DNA from: Candidatus Omnitrophota bacterium
Lineage (GTDB): Bacteria; Omnitrophota; Gorgyraeia; 2-01-FULL-45-10
DNA: 64,000 bases
NCBI GenBank assembly: GCA_030695905.1
Contig: JAUYOL010000043.1
Coordinates: forward strand, 64,998-128,997
Direction of reading: 5' to 3'
A program made the position numbers and the translations under genes. This document shows positions 1 through 7,725 of the stretch, one piece after another. How positions within the stretch are numbered: position 1 is the stretch's first letter; every line of letters starts with the position of its first letter. Under the pieces are notes generated by a model that ran no database searches, was not told the origin of the DNA, and saw only the letters and a list, made by a program, of their open reading frames with translations.

Positions 1-140
1 GTTTTTTTGGATATATGTTTCTGCATGGTCTCGATATTAAAGGTATTCTCTCCAAAATAGCTGGAAACTTTTTTTAGGACTGCTTGTTTTTTCAAATCCA
101 CGCTCTTTACTTTAAATAATGCTTCCTGTCGAATTGCCAT
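1..140 (-). CDS. glutamine synthetase type III (GlnN-like), N-terminal 46 codons, continues beyond window start
   Basis: Minus-strand ATG at 138-140 preceded by an AGGGAG RBS. Translation MAIRQEALFKVKSVDLKKQAVLKKVSSYFGENTFNIETMQKHISKK follows the N-terminal pattern of Bacteroides-type GSIII (S-DYY--VF---M--YLPK), recalled from memory. Confidence 0.5.
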   Translation of the reverse strand, partial: MAIRQEALFKVKSVDLKKQAVLKKVSSYFGENTFNIETMQKHISKK

Positions 141-179
141 AAAACTCCCTTTCTATGTTTTTATTGCGGGTGTCCAAAT

Positions 180-207
180 ATTATAGCACAGGCCCATCCC
201 AATTCAA
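180..207 (-). promoter_or_regulatory. sigma70-like promoter TTGAAT-N16-TGcTATAAT, about 40 nt upstream of the glnN ATG
   Basis: Minus strand reads ttgaattgggatgggcctgtgctataat, i.e. an extended -10 TGnTATAAT with a perfect hexamer. Confidence 0.45.
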
Positions 208-223
208 TCGTTTTTACTTTTAC

Positions 224-269
224 AAAAAAATAACGCCCATCTTGGCAGCTGCTATTTCCAAAATGAACG
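224..269 (-). terminator. terminator-like hairpin plus U-run, either the glnK1 3' terminator or a glnN leader attenuator
   Basis: Minus strand: CGTTCATTTTGG-(12 nt loop)-CCAAGATGGGCG forms a 12-bp stem with 3 G-U pairs, followed by TTATTTTTTTG. Confidence 0.4.
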
Positions 270-293
270 CCTGTGTTCCACTTTAATATTGTA

Positions 294-307
294 GCACTAC
301 TTTGTGC
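294..307 (-). promoter_or_regulatory. conserved hairpin P1: GCAC-AAAGTA-GTGC, 13 nt downstream of motif copy A
   Basis: 4-bp stem with a hexaloop carrying A at position 1 and G at position 4. The same architecture follows motif copies B and C. Confidence 0.45.
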
Positions 308-320
308 GGCATTACTATAC

Positions 321-351
321 ATACAAGTAAAAACGGAGGCGTTTTGGTAAC
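321..351 (-). promoter_or_regulatory. conserved 31-nt motif copy A (minus strand GTTACCAAAA-N8-TTTTTACTTGTAT), upstream of glnN
   Basis: Plus strand ATACAAGTAAAAA-CGGAGGCG-TTTTGGTAAC. The 13- and 10-nt flanks are identical in all three copies and only the central 8 nt vary. Confidence 0.6.
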
Positions 352-692
352 TACCCTATAGCTTCCTGTCCCCTCTCGCCCGTTCTTATCCTTATGCACT
401 CTTCGAGGTTCAGCACAAATATCTTTCCGTCGCCTATATTGCCCGTCTTAGCGGCCTTACTGATTGCGGCTATAGTGGGTTCCACAAATTTCTCATTTAC
501 TGCGATCTCAAGCCTTACTTTTTTTAGCAGATTTCCAGTTTCTTTTCTGCCACGGTATATTTGAGTTATTCCTTTTTGCCTTCCGCATCCCAGGACGTTG
601 GAAACAGTTTTAAGATGTATTTCGCACTTGTCCAGCTCCTGCAGGACATCTTCAAGTTTATGCGGCTGAATAACAGCGACTACTAACTTCAT
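351..692 (-). CDS. glnK: nitrogen regulatory protein P-II (GlnK, copy 1)
   Basis: 113 aa starting [10 protein letters not shown] with the T-loop RGRKE; lies downstream of amtB. Confidence 0.9.
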   Translation of the reverse strand: MKLVVAVIQPHKLEDVLQELDKCEIHLKTVSNVLGCGRQKGITQIYRGRKETGNLLKKVRLEIAVNEKFVEPTIAAISKAAKTGNIGDGKIFVLNLEECIRIRTGERGQEAIG

Positions 693-703
693 ATTGTCCC
701 CCT

Positions 704-1939
704 TTAGTCGAGCAGTGTATACGCGCTCTCCTCATGCTGTGTTATATCAAGGCCTATTACCTCTTCCTCATCCTCGACTCTTAGACCCATAACAGCATCA
801 AGAACCTTTAGCAGAACAAACGTAATGGCTATAGAATAAACCATTACTGCCAGAACACCAGTTGATTGTATCATAAATTGATTTTGATTTCCAAAAAATA
901 AGCCATTGTTACCAGCCGGGTTAATTATTTTTTGCGCAAGCAATCCTGTTGCCAATGCTCCAACAGCTCCTCCGACACCATGCACGCCGAAAGCGTCGAG
1001 AGAGTCGTCATATGAAAATTTCAGTTTTATAATAGCTACGGCAGTGTAACACAATAATGCCGCCGCGATGCCTATCAATATGGCAGACATGGGAGAGACA
1101 AATCCCGACGCGGGTGTTATAGTGGCCAGGCCCGCGACAGCGCCTGTGGCGCCGCCCAGAAGGGTCGGCTTGCCGGTTGCTCTCCACTCTATAAACATCC
1201 ACGTAAGCGCTGCTGATGAAGCGGCTGCATTAGTAGCTACAAACGCCCATACCGCTAATCCATTTGCCGCGAGAGAGCTTCCTGCGTTAAAGCCGAACCA
1301 ACCGAACCAGAGCAACCCCGCTCCAATGATAGTTAGCGGCAGATTATGCGGAGGCATAGGTTCCCGTCCATAACCCCGCCTCTTACCTAATATAAGAGCA
1401 CACACTAAAGCTGATACTCCGCTTGATACGTGTACTACTATCCCACCGGCAAAATCCAATACTCCCTTATTCCTTAGCCAACCGCCCTCGCCCCATACCC
1501 AATGACATACGGGATCGTATACAAGAGTGGCCCATAACAAGGTAAAGACAACATAAGTTGAAAATTTCATTCTTTCGGCGAATGCTCCGGCTATCAGGCC
1601 GGGCGTTATGACTGCGAACATCATCTGGTACGCCATGAAAAGAAGGTGTGGTATCGTTGATGAGTAAGTAGGGTTGGGCTCTATTCCAACGCCTTTTAAA
1701 CCCATCCATGCCAGGTTTCCTATAAAATGGCCCTGGTCGGGGCCAAAACTTAAACTGTATCCGCATAACATCCATTGAATACTGATAAGGCACAATACGA
1801 AAAAAGATTGCATCATCGTCGCCAAGACATTTTTTCTTCTTACCAACCCGCCGTAAAATAGTGCCAGTCCGGGTATCGTCATAAGCATAACCAGCGCCGT
1901 AGACATCAAAATCCACGCCGTATCGCCAGAATTTATCAT
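704..1939 (-). CDS. amtB: ammonium transporter Amt (copy 1)
   Basis: 411 aa with multiple TM helices and the Amt signature [10 protein letters not shown] ... DFAGG.VVH.SSG. Confidence 0.9.
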   Translation of the reverse strand: MINSGDTAWILMSTALVMLMTIPGLALFYGGLVRRKNVLATMMQSFFVLCLISIQWMLCGYSLSFGPDQGHFIGNLAWMGLKGVGIEPNPTYSSTIPHLLFMAYQMMFAVITPGLIAGAFAERMKFSTYVVFTLLWATLVYDPVCHWVWGEGGWLRNKGVLDFAGGIVVHVSSGVSALVCALILGKRRGYGREPMPPHNLPLTIIGAGLLWFGWFGFNAGSSLAANGLAVWAFVATNAAASSAALTWMFIEWRATGKPTLLGGATGAVAGLATITPASGFVSPMSAILIGIAAALLCYTAVAIIKLKFSYDDSLDAFGVHGVGGAVGALATGLLAQKIINPAGNNGLFFGNQNQFMIQSTGVLAVMVYSIAITFVLLKVLDAVMGLRVEDEEEVIGLDITQHEESAYTLLD

Positions 1940-1985
1940 AATTTATCCTCTCTTGTATTCAACTGCGTAATCAATTGAGCAAATT

Positions 1986-2035
1986 TAAATAAAAAAATAG
2001 CGCGCACCTTGTTGAGCACAACATTGTGCACGCTA
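1986..2035 (-). terminator. amtB1 leader terminator/attenuator: TAGCGTGCAC ... GTGCGCGCTA plus TTTTTTTATTTAAATTT
   Basis: 10-bp stem with 1 mismatch followed by a U-run, about 45 nt before the RBS and ATG. Its 5' arm overlaps hairpin P1 (2016-2029), so the two structures are mutually exclusive. Confidence 0.5.
2016..2029 (-). promoter_or_regulatory. conserved hairpin P1: GCAC-AATGTT-GTGC, 11 nt downstream of motif copy B
   Basis: Hexaloop with A at position 1 and G at position 4. As DNA it is also a GCAC-N6-GTGC palindrome. Confidence 0.45.
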
Positions 2036-2040
2036 TTGCT

Positions 2041-2071
2041 ATACAAGTAAAAAAGATAGATTTTTGGTAAC
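2041..2071 (-). promoter_or_regulatory. conserved 31-nt motif copy B, upstream of amtB1-glnK1
   Basis: Plus strand ATACAAGTAAAAA-AGATAGAT-TTTTGGTAAC. Confidence 0.6.
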
Positions 2072-2158
2072 CAATTTCGCTTTGCGAAATTGGCCCTGAG
2101 CGAGCCATGAAATCCGACTTTATAGGAGGATTTCAGGCGAGCCGAAGGACCTTTCCAC

Positions 2159-2512
2159 TCATCCTATCGCTACGCCATCTCTTTCACCCGTCCTTATTCT
2201 CACGCACTCCGCAAGATCCAATACGAATATCTTCCCATCACCTATATTGCCTGTTTTTGCGCCCTTTGTTATGGCCAATACCGTAGCTTCAACATATTTT
2301 TCATTTACAGCGATCTCGAGCCTTACCTTTTTCAGAAGGTTGCCCGTCTCCTTTTTGCCTCTATATACTTCGGTTTTACCTTTTTGCCTTCCGCACCCCA
2401 GGACATTGCTTACGGTCTTTAGGTGTACCTCCGCCCTATCCAGTTCCTGCAGGACATCTTCAAGTTTATGTGGTTGAATAATCGCGATTATAAGCTTCAT
2501 ATAAAACGTCAC
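2159..2512 (-). CDS. glnK: nitrogen regulatory protein P-II (GlnK, copy 2)
   Basis: 117 aa, about 80% identical to copy 1. Confidence 0.9.
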   Translation of the reverse strand: MTFYMKLIIAIIQPHKLEDVLQELDRAEVHLKTVSNVLGCGRQKGKTEVYRGKKETGNLLKKVRLEIAVNEKYVEATVLAITKGAKTGNIGDGKIFVLDLAECVRIRTGERDGVAIG

Positions 2513-2518
2513 CTCCTC

Positions 2519-3754
2519 TTAGTCTAACAGCGTATATGCACTCTCTTCATGCTGTGTTATATCAAGGCCTATTACCTCTTCCTCATCCTCGACTCTTAGA
2601 CCCATAACAGCATCAAGGACCTTTAATAATATAAAGGTCACGGCCACCGAATATGCCATCGTGGCTAAAACACCGATTGCCTGGGTAGCGAATTGCGCTG
2701 AATTTCCAAAAAACAACCCATTATTTCCAGCGGCATTTACTATCTTTTGCGCAAATAAACCTGTTGCAAGCGCTCCCAACGTTCCTCCTACACCATGAAC
2801 ACCAAAAGCATCGAGTGAGTCATCGTAGCCGAATTTTAATTTGATAACAGCTACAGCTGTATAGCAAACAAGTCCTACCAGAATCCCTATAAGGATCGAC
2901 GACAGAGGTGTTACGAATCCCGCTGCGGGAGTAATTGCAACAAGTCCCGCTACGGCGCCGGTTGCTCCGCCAAGTATTGTTGGTTTTCCGGTAACTTTCC
3001 ACTCTATGATCATCCATGTCAACGCGGCTGCAGCTGCGGCGGTATTTGTGGCGATAAAAGCCGAGACCGCGAGCTCGTTTGCACCTAAAGCGCTGCCGGC
3101 GTTAAATCCAAACCAGCCAAACCACAAAAGGGCCGCGCCGATCAGACATAAAGGAAGATTGTGCGGCGGCATAGGTTCTTGGCCGTAGCCCCTCCTCTTA
3201 CCCATATATAGGGCGCACACGAGCGCCGATATACCGCTTGATACGTGAACTACCGTGCCCCCCGCGAAATCCAAAGCGCCCATATTTCTTAACCATCCGC
3301 CCGCTCCCCACACCCAGTGGCAGACAGGATCATAAACAAGCGTCGCCCATAATAGGGTAAAGACAACGTAGGTTGAAAACTTCATTCTCTCCGCAAAGGC
3401 GCCTGTTATTAGGCCCGGCGTAATTACCGCGAACATCATCTGATAAATCATGAAAAGAAGATGCGGGATAGTTGAGGCATAATCCGGATTGGGGGCCATT
3501 CCTACACCCTTTAAACCCATCCATGCCAGGCTTCCTATAAAATGGCCCTGATCGGGACCAAAGGACAGACTGTACCCAAAAAGCACCCATTGAATACTGA
3601 TAAGGCACAGTACGAAAAAAGACTGCATTATTGTGGCGAGGACGTTTTTACGCCTTACCAGTCCTCCATAAAACAGCGCAAGGCCCGGGAATGTCATTAA
3701 CATGACAAGCGCAGTCGATATTAAGACCCATGCTGTATCGCCTGAATTAATCAT
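2519..3754 (-). CDS. amtB: ammonium transporter Amt (copy 2)
   Basis: 411 aa, about 85% identical to copy 1. GGAGG RBS upstream of the ATG. Confidence 0.9.
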   Translation of the reverse strand: MINSGDTAWVLISTALVMLMTFPGLALFYGGLVRRKNVLATIMQSFFVLCLISIQWVLFGYSLSFGPDQGHFIGSLAWMGLKGVGMAPNPDYASTIPHLLFMIYQMMFAVITPGLITGAFAERMKFSTYVVFTLLWATLVYDPVCHWVWGAGGWLRNMGALDFAGGTVVHVSSGISALVCALYMGKRRGYGQEPMPPHNLPLCLIGAALLWFGWFGFNAGSALGANELAVSAFIATNTAAAAAALTWMIIEWKVTGKPTILGGATGAVAGLVAITPAAGFVTPLSSILIGILVGLVCYTAVAVIKLKFGYDDSLDAFGVHGVGGTLGALATGLFAQKIVNAAGNNGLFFGNSAQFATQAIGVLATMAYSVAVTFILLKVLDAVMGLRVEDEEEVIGLDITQHEESAYTLLD

Positions 3755-3769
3755 AGCTACCTCCTCTTT

Positions 3770-3949
3770 TTATTTTATATCCAGTTTTTCTTTGACCATT
3801 TCTGCGTATACTTTATTTATGCGGCCAGTTTTTAGCCATCTCTCTAATGTCGACACCTGTATATTTATCTTCACAGAAAGATCATGCAGCGTATAGTCAT
3901 TTTCTTCTTTAATTTGCTGTATTTTTTTAATTAATTCTTTATCAATCAT
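3770..3949 (-). CDS. small 59-aa HTH-like protein, not in the ORF track
   Basis: Translates to MIDKELIKKIQQIKEENDYTLHDLSVKINIQVSTLERWLKTGRINKVYAEMVKEKLDIK. The segment TLHDLSVKINIQVSTLERW looks like a helix-turn-helix. Its stop lies 16 nt before the amtB2 start. Confidence 0.4.
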   Translation of the reverse strand: MIDKELIKKIQQIKEENDYTLHDLSVKINIQVSTLERWLKTGRINKVYAEMVKEKLDIK

Positions 3950-3969
3950 TAATGCAGCTTCCTATATTT

Positions 3970-5226
3970 CTAAAAAGTGATGAGCGCGTCCATGCTGAAT
4001 GTCAGCTGATCCCTCTTGCCGGTGCTAAATACTGATCTGTCAGAGTGGTCATAACGAATTTCCGGCCGAAACAACAAGTTGGATAGTACCTTGTCTTTTG
4101 GGAACGGCTTTATTGCTACGCCTGCGGTTACCTCATAGTAGTTGGCGCCGACAGGAGCGGCGTTAGAAAAACCGCTGGCTGCATCTTTATACCACTCCAG
4201 TCGGGTATTCAGAGTAAAATACTGATTAAGCGCATAGCTAGCATATCCGGCCACACCCCCCCACTGCTTGACCTTATCTTGCGATCCGGGGATCTTTGGA
4301 GTCACAACGTAGTCAGTGCCCAGGCCGAGGCTTAATTTATCATTGATCTTATGTGTTATAACTAAATCCATGGCTGTCCACCAGTTGGCGCTGTCACCCG
4401 TAGGAAGATTGTGTCCGACACCGATCGGGAATTCAGGGCCTTCCGTCATCGTAAAGATGGCGGTAGTCTTGTCGCTGGGTGTAAAGGTTACACGGCCCAA
4501 TAGATCCAAAGCATGGTTGGCATCTCGCAGCGACTGGTTCCATCCCAGCGTTGTGCCAAGGTCAAACGTCCATTGCGGGTTCATTATATAGGTGGCCAGA
4601 ACGCCCGTCTGCGTACCCGGCTCAGCATAGAGAAACTGGTAACTATAAGAATAGAATGCCTTGGCAGGATCACCGAAAGCCCCGTAAATATTGGCGCTGA
4701 ATTGTTCAAATCCGGCCAACTCGATCCACTTACCTACTCTAAGCCGTACAGGTATATAAGGAAGAGCCATATCCGCGTAAGCTTGGAGAAGGTCCCATTG
4801 ATTATGACCCGTTTGGGTATCCCACATGCCATTAGAGTGTATGAAGGCAGCGTCCGCGCCAAAGATGCCCTCCATGCGCCCGCCTATGTCAAACTGCTTC
4901 TTGGTCGGATCTACCGTGCGTTCGACGTTCAAGCTGACCTTATTAAGGGTTATGTCGCTTTTGAAGTTGTTATATCCGATGAAGGTCGGCCCTACGCCTT
5001 CCTGAGGCGCTGTAGCGTCATAAAACCAGCCCGCCTGGGTGTATCCATAGATCTTAATGCCGAGCTTATCTAAAGGTTTGGCTAAACCCACCTTGTCCAT
5101 GCCGGTCATAAGCAGCCCTCTCGACGGCGCAGTTAGAACATCCTCATCGGCATATACCCAGGAATGCGCTTGCGAGTACACAAGGAATGATACCAATATT
5201 AAAGTAATTTTTTTAATCAGTTCCAT
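3970..5226 (-). CDS. outer-membrane beta-barrel (porin-like) protein
   Basis: 418 aa with a signal peptide, alternating amphipathic strands and a C-terminal ...ALITF with terminal Phe. It is the first gene of the transcription unit leading into amtB2-glnK2. Confidence 0.55.
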   Translation of the reverse strand: MELIKKITLILVSFLVYSQAHSWVYADEDVLTAPSRGLLMTGMDKVGLAKPLDKLGIKIYGYTQAGWFYDATAPQEGVGPTFIGYNNFKSDITLNKVSLNVERTVDPTKKQFDIGGRMEGIFGADAAFIHSNGMWDTQTGHNQWDLLQAYADMALPYIPVRLRVGKWIELAGFEQFSANIYGAFGDPAKAFYSYSYQFLYAEPGTQTGVLATYIMNPQWTFDLGTTLGWNQSLRDANHALDLLGRVTFTPSDKTTAIFTMTEGPEFPIGVGHNLPTGDSANWWTAMDLVITHKINDKLSLGLGTDYVVTPKIPGSQDKVKQWGGVAGYASYALNQYFTLNTRLEWYKDAASGFSNAAPVGANYYEVTAGVAIKPFPKDKVLSNLLFRPEIRYDHSDRSVFSTGKRDQLTFSMDALITF

Positions 5227-5249
5227 ATTATCTCCTTTTTATGTACCTC

Positions 5250-5295
5250 AAATAAAAAAAGCGTCTTATTTATCCACATGGATCAATAAGACGCC
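5250..5295 (-). terminator. porin leader terminator-like hairpin T2: GGCGTCTTATT-(14 nt)-AATAAGACGC plus TTTTTTTATTT
   Basis: 10-bp perfect stem followed by a U-run, ending about 20 nt before the AAAGGAG RBS. Confidence 0.55.
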
Positions 5296-5304
5296 AATGT
5301 CCTA

Positions 5305-5337
5305 AAATTTAAATAAAAAAGCGCTCTTTTCGAACGC
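5305..5337 (-). terminator. porin leader terminator-like hairpin T1: GCGTTC-GAAAA-GAGCGC plus TTTTTTATTTAAATTTT
   Basis: The 3' flank GCGCTTTTTTATTTAAATTT is nearly identical to the amtB1 leader flank GCGCTATTTTTTTATTTAAATTT. Confidence 0.45.
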
Positions 5338-5349
5338 CTTAGTTTATCA

Positions 5350-5363
5350 ACACAACTATGTGT
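5350..5363 (-). promoter_or_regulatory. conserved hairpin P1: ACAC-ATAGTT-GTGT, 13 nt downstream of motif copy C
   Basis: Same stem-hexaloop architecture, with A at loop position 1 and G at position 4. Confidence 0.45.
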
Positions 5364-5376
5364 CTTAATGCTACTC

Positions 5377-5407
5377 ATACAAGTAAAAAGAGCTTAGTTT
5401 TGGTAAC
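5377..5407 (-). promoter_or_regulatory. conserved 31-nt motif copy C, upstream of the porin-HTH-amtB2-glnK2 unit
   Basis: Plus strand ATACAAGTAAAAA-GAGCTTAG-TTTTGGTAAC. It overlaps the last 4 codons and stop of the sigma factor gene. Confidence 0.6.
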
Positions 5408-5933
5408 TCCTTTTTATCTCGCATCTCAGTTTCTCGCATTTTGCCCTGATCTTTTTCCTTAATTTTATCACGGCGACGTGTGAAATGCCAAGCTTTTCAC
5501 CCATTTCACGCACTGTCAGGCCGTCGGTGCTCATTTTTATAATAGCGATTTCCCTGTCATTAAGGTCATTTTTATAGGCTTCATCATATAATATTTTGTC
5601 CTCAACCTGTTCTTCACAGGACGATTCGTTTAAAGCTAATACTTCTTCGAGCATAGTTCCGTCTTCATCTATGGGGCTTTCGATGCTCTGGATCTTTACT
5701 TTATCCATGGATGTCCTTATGTAATTCTTAAGATGAAAGTAGCAGCCCTGCAATATATAGCTGTCCGTTTTATCATCAAGGATGCCCTTGCCAGACTTGA
5801 TCCATAGATGGATAACCGCCTCCTGGTATAGGTCATCATCGTTAAAGAACGTAAAATGACCGTTGAGCCGATGACTTATCCTTCGGATCGTAGGCGTAAG
5901 TCTGGTTATTAATGTTTCGAAATTATCTTTCAT
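5394..5933 (-). CDS. ECF-type (sigma-24-like) RNA polymerase sigma factor
   Basis: 179 aa. A region-2-like segment DDLYQEAVIHLW...YFHLKNYIRT and a region-4 HTH LTVREMGEKLGISHVAVIKLRKKIRAK. Confidence 0.55.
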   Translation of the reverse strand: MKDNFETLITRLTPTIRRISHRLNGHFTFFNDDDLYQEAVIHLWIKSGKGILDDKTDSYILQGCYFHLKNYIRTSMDKVKIQSIESPIDEDGTMLEEVLALNESSCEEQVEDKILYDEAYKNDLNDREIAIIKMSTDGLTVREMGEKLGISHVAVIKLRKKIRAKCEKLRCEIKRSYQN

Positions 5934-5942
5934 GTTAATAAA

Positions 5943-5981
5943 GAAGCCCTTCGATGCATATCAATGCATACAAAGGGCTTC
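5943..5981 (-). terminator. rho-independent terminator downstream of nadE
   Basis: Minus strand GAAGCCCTT-(21 nt, internally palindromic ATGCAT..ATGCAT)-AAGGGCTTC followed by TTTATT. Confidence 0.55.
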
Positions 5982-6025
5982 TTTGCTCCTTAATATTTTT
6001 ATCTCTTCAGCGAGATAAATTCCTT

Positions 6026-7705
6026 TTAATATTCTTTATACTTGTTCGTTATCGGCATTCTTCTATCTTTGCCGAATGACCTTGGCGTTATTCTTATGCC
6101 CGGCGGTGACTGCCTCCTCTTGTATTCGCTCTTATCGACCATAGCAACAACTCTCAAGACATCGTCTTTACTGCATCCCGAGGATATGATCTTCTTCATA
6201 TCGCGGTCATCTTCAACATACGCTTTGAGTATAGGATCTAATTTGCTGTAAACCGGCAATGTATCGCTGTCTTTCTGATCGGGCTTGAGCTCCGCGGTGG
6301 GCTCTTTTGTTAAGACAGAATCCGGTATTATATGAGAAATAGAATTTCTATATTTGCAAAGCTTATAGACAAGGGTTTTTGGCACATCTTTTATTACCGC
6401 GAAGCCTCCTGCCATGTCTCCATACAGAGTGGCATAGCCGGTGCTCATTTCCGATTTATTTCCCGTAGTAAGGACGAGCCACCCAAATTTATTGGACAGG
6501 GCCATCAATATATTGCCTCTTATGCGCGCCTGCAGATTTTCCTCCGCTATGTTCTTTTCTGATCCAGCGAATAGCGATGATAAAGTAATAAGGTATAATT
6601 TAAATATCTGTTCTATGGAAATAGCCTCATATCTTATGCCTAAGTTACCAGCGACCTCTCTCGCGTCGTTTGCTGATTCTTGTGAAGAATATCGAGACGG
6701 CATGAATATGCCCGTTACGTTATCCTTGCCAAGGGCATCTACTGCCAACGCCGCTACTATGGCGGAGTCTACGCCACCGCTTAATCCAATGGCAACTTTT
6801 TTAAAACCATTCTTGTTTACATAATCCTTTAGTCCCAGCAGGAGCGCTTTATATGCCTCTTCCGCATTTTCTACCATGACAGCAACTTTATTTTTTAATA
6901 CAGAAGGTTTCTTATCTATCTTTTTCTTTATGGTCAATATTTTACTATCAGTTCTTCTGTGCGCAGCGTTTAAAGCAATATCCGCGAAAAGCAGCTCTTC
7001 TTCAAAAGCCTTGGCTCTCGCGATTATCCTGCCCTTATCGTTTGCCACCATACTGCGGCCGTCAAATACAAGTTCATCCTGTCCCCCTACCATATTTACG
7101 TAGGATATAAATATCTTGTTGCTTTTTGCCGCCTTCTGGATAACATTTTCTCTTTCCTTTATCTTTCCGATATGATAAGGAGAAGAGTTTATTGCGATCA
7201 TTACTTGAGCGCCGGCCAAAGCACACATTTTTACGGGCCCGGACTTATGCCATATGTCTTCACATATACTGAGTCCAAATACTATATTATCCATCTTAAA
7301 GATAAAAGGAGATTTACCCTGTTTAAAATAACGGACTTCGTCGAATACCCCATAATTGGGCAATAGCATCTTGTGGTATATACCGAGAATTCTTCCCTTA
7401 TATATTACCGCGGCGGCATTGTAAACATTGGCGCCCTTACTATCCGCGAAGCCGATTATAGCTGCTACATCCCCGACAGACTCGGCTATCTCCTTGAGTA
7501 TGTGCACATTTCGTTCGATAAAATGCGATTTAAAAAGCAGGTCCTCTGGCGGGTATCCGGTTATAGCCAACTCAGGGAAAGAGACTATGTCAGCTCCCGC
7601 ATTTTGAGCCTTATTTATACAGTCCATTATTTTCTCGGCGTTTAGATACAGGTCTCCTACTGTGCAATTAACCTGCGCTAAAGCCAATCGTATTGTTTTC
7701 TTCAT
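6026..7705 (-). CDS. nadE: glutamine-dependent NAD+ synthetase
   Basis: 559 aa. N-terminal CN-hydrolase/nitrilase domain plus a C-terminal NAD synthase domain with the PP-loop GLSGGVDSA. Confidence 0.85.
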   Translation of the reverse strand: MKKTIRLALAQVNCTVGDLYLNAEKIMDCINKAQNAGADIVSFPELAITGYPPEDLLFKSHFIERNVHILKEIAESVGDVAAIIGFADSKGANVYNAAAVIYKGRILGIYHKMLLPNYGVFDEVRYFKQGKSPFIFKMDNIVFGLSICEDIWHKSGPVKMCALAGAQVMIAINSSPYHIGKIKERENVIQKAAKSNKIFISYVNMVGGQDELVFDGRSMVANDKGRIIARAKAFEEELLFADIALNAAHRRTDSKILTIKKKIDKKPSVLKNKVAVMVENAEEAYKALLLGLKDYVNKNGFKKVAIGLSGGVDSAIVAALAVDALGKDNVTGIFMPSRYSSQESANDAREVAGNLGIRYEAISIEQIFKLYLITLSSLFAGSEKNIAEENLQARIRGNILMALSNKFGWLVLTTGNKSEMSTGYATLYGDMAGGFAVIKDVPKTLVYKLCKYRNSISHIIPDSVLTKEPTAELKPDQKDSDTLPVYSKLDPILKAYVEDDRDMKKIISSGCSKDDVLRVVAMVDKSEYKRRQSPPGIRITPRSFGKDRRMPITNKYKEY

Positions 7706-7725
7706 ATTTTAATCTCTTTATCCCC

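Noticed and set aside
321-351. Motif interpreted as a conserved RNA hairpin (A-tract pairing with T-tract)
   Set aside because: The central 8 nt do not maintain complementarity between copies. Only A/U pairs are possible, so it is more likely a DNA-level element.
1008-1916. Track ORFs 1008..1202-, 1068..1373+ and 1467..1916- inside amtB1, and analogous frames inside amtB2 (2820..3017, 3006..3188, 3330..3608)
   Set aside because: They lie antisense or out-of-frame within a well-supported Amt gene and have biased, Arg/Pro-rich composition with no family resemblance. They are spurious.
1986-2035. Classical ANTAR dual-hexaloop target (two tandem hairpins) in the nitrogen leaders
   Set aside because: Only one hairpin with the A1/G4 hexaloop was found per leader, and no convincing second hexaloop hairpin. 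The ANTAR link is therefore kept as a hypothesis only.
2073-2091. Perfect hairpin AATTTCGC-aaa-GCGAAATT immediately downstream of glnK2 as an intrinsic terminator
   Set aside because: It is not followed by a U-run on the minus strand but runs straight into motif copy B. It may be a protein site or processing hairpin, but not a canonical terminator.
294-5407. Sigma-54 (-24 GG / -12 GC) promoter or NtrC TGCACC-N5-GGTGCA enhancer, or GlnR/TnrA/NtcA boxes, upstream of amtB, glnK and glnN
   Set aside because: No GG-N10-GC arrangement was found on either strand near the motifs. GCAC-N6-GTGC is one nt shorter than NtrC sites. There is no TGTNA-N7-TNACA or GTA-N8-TAC element.
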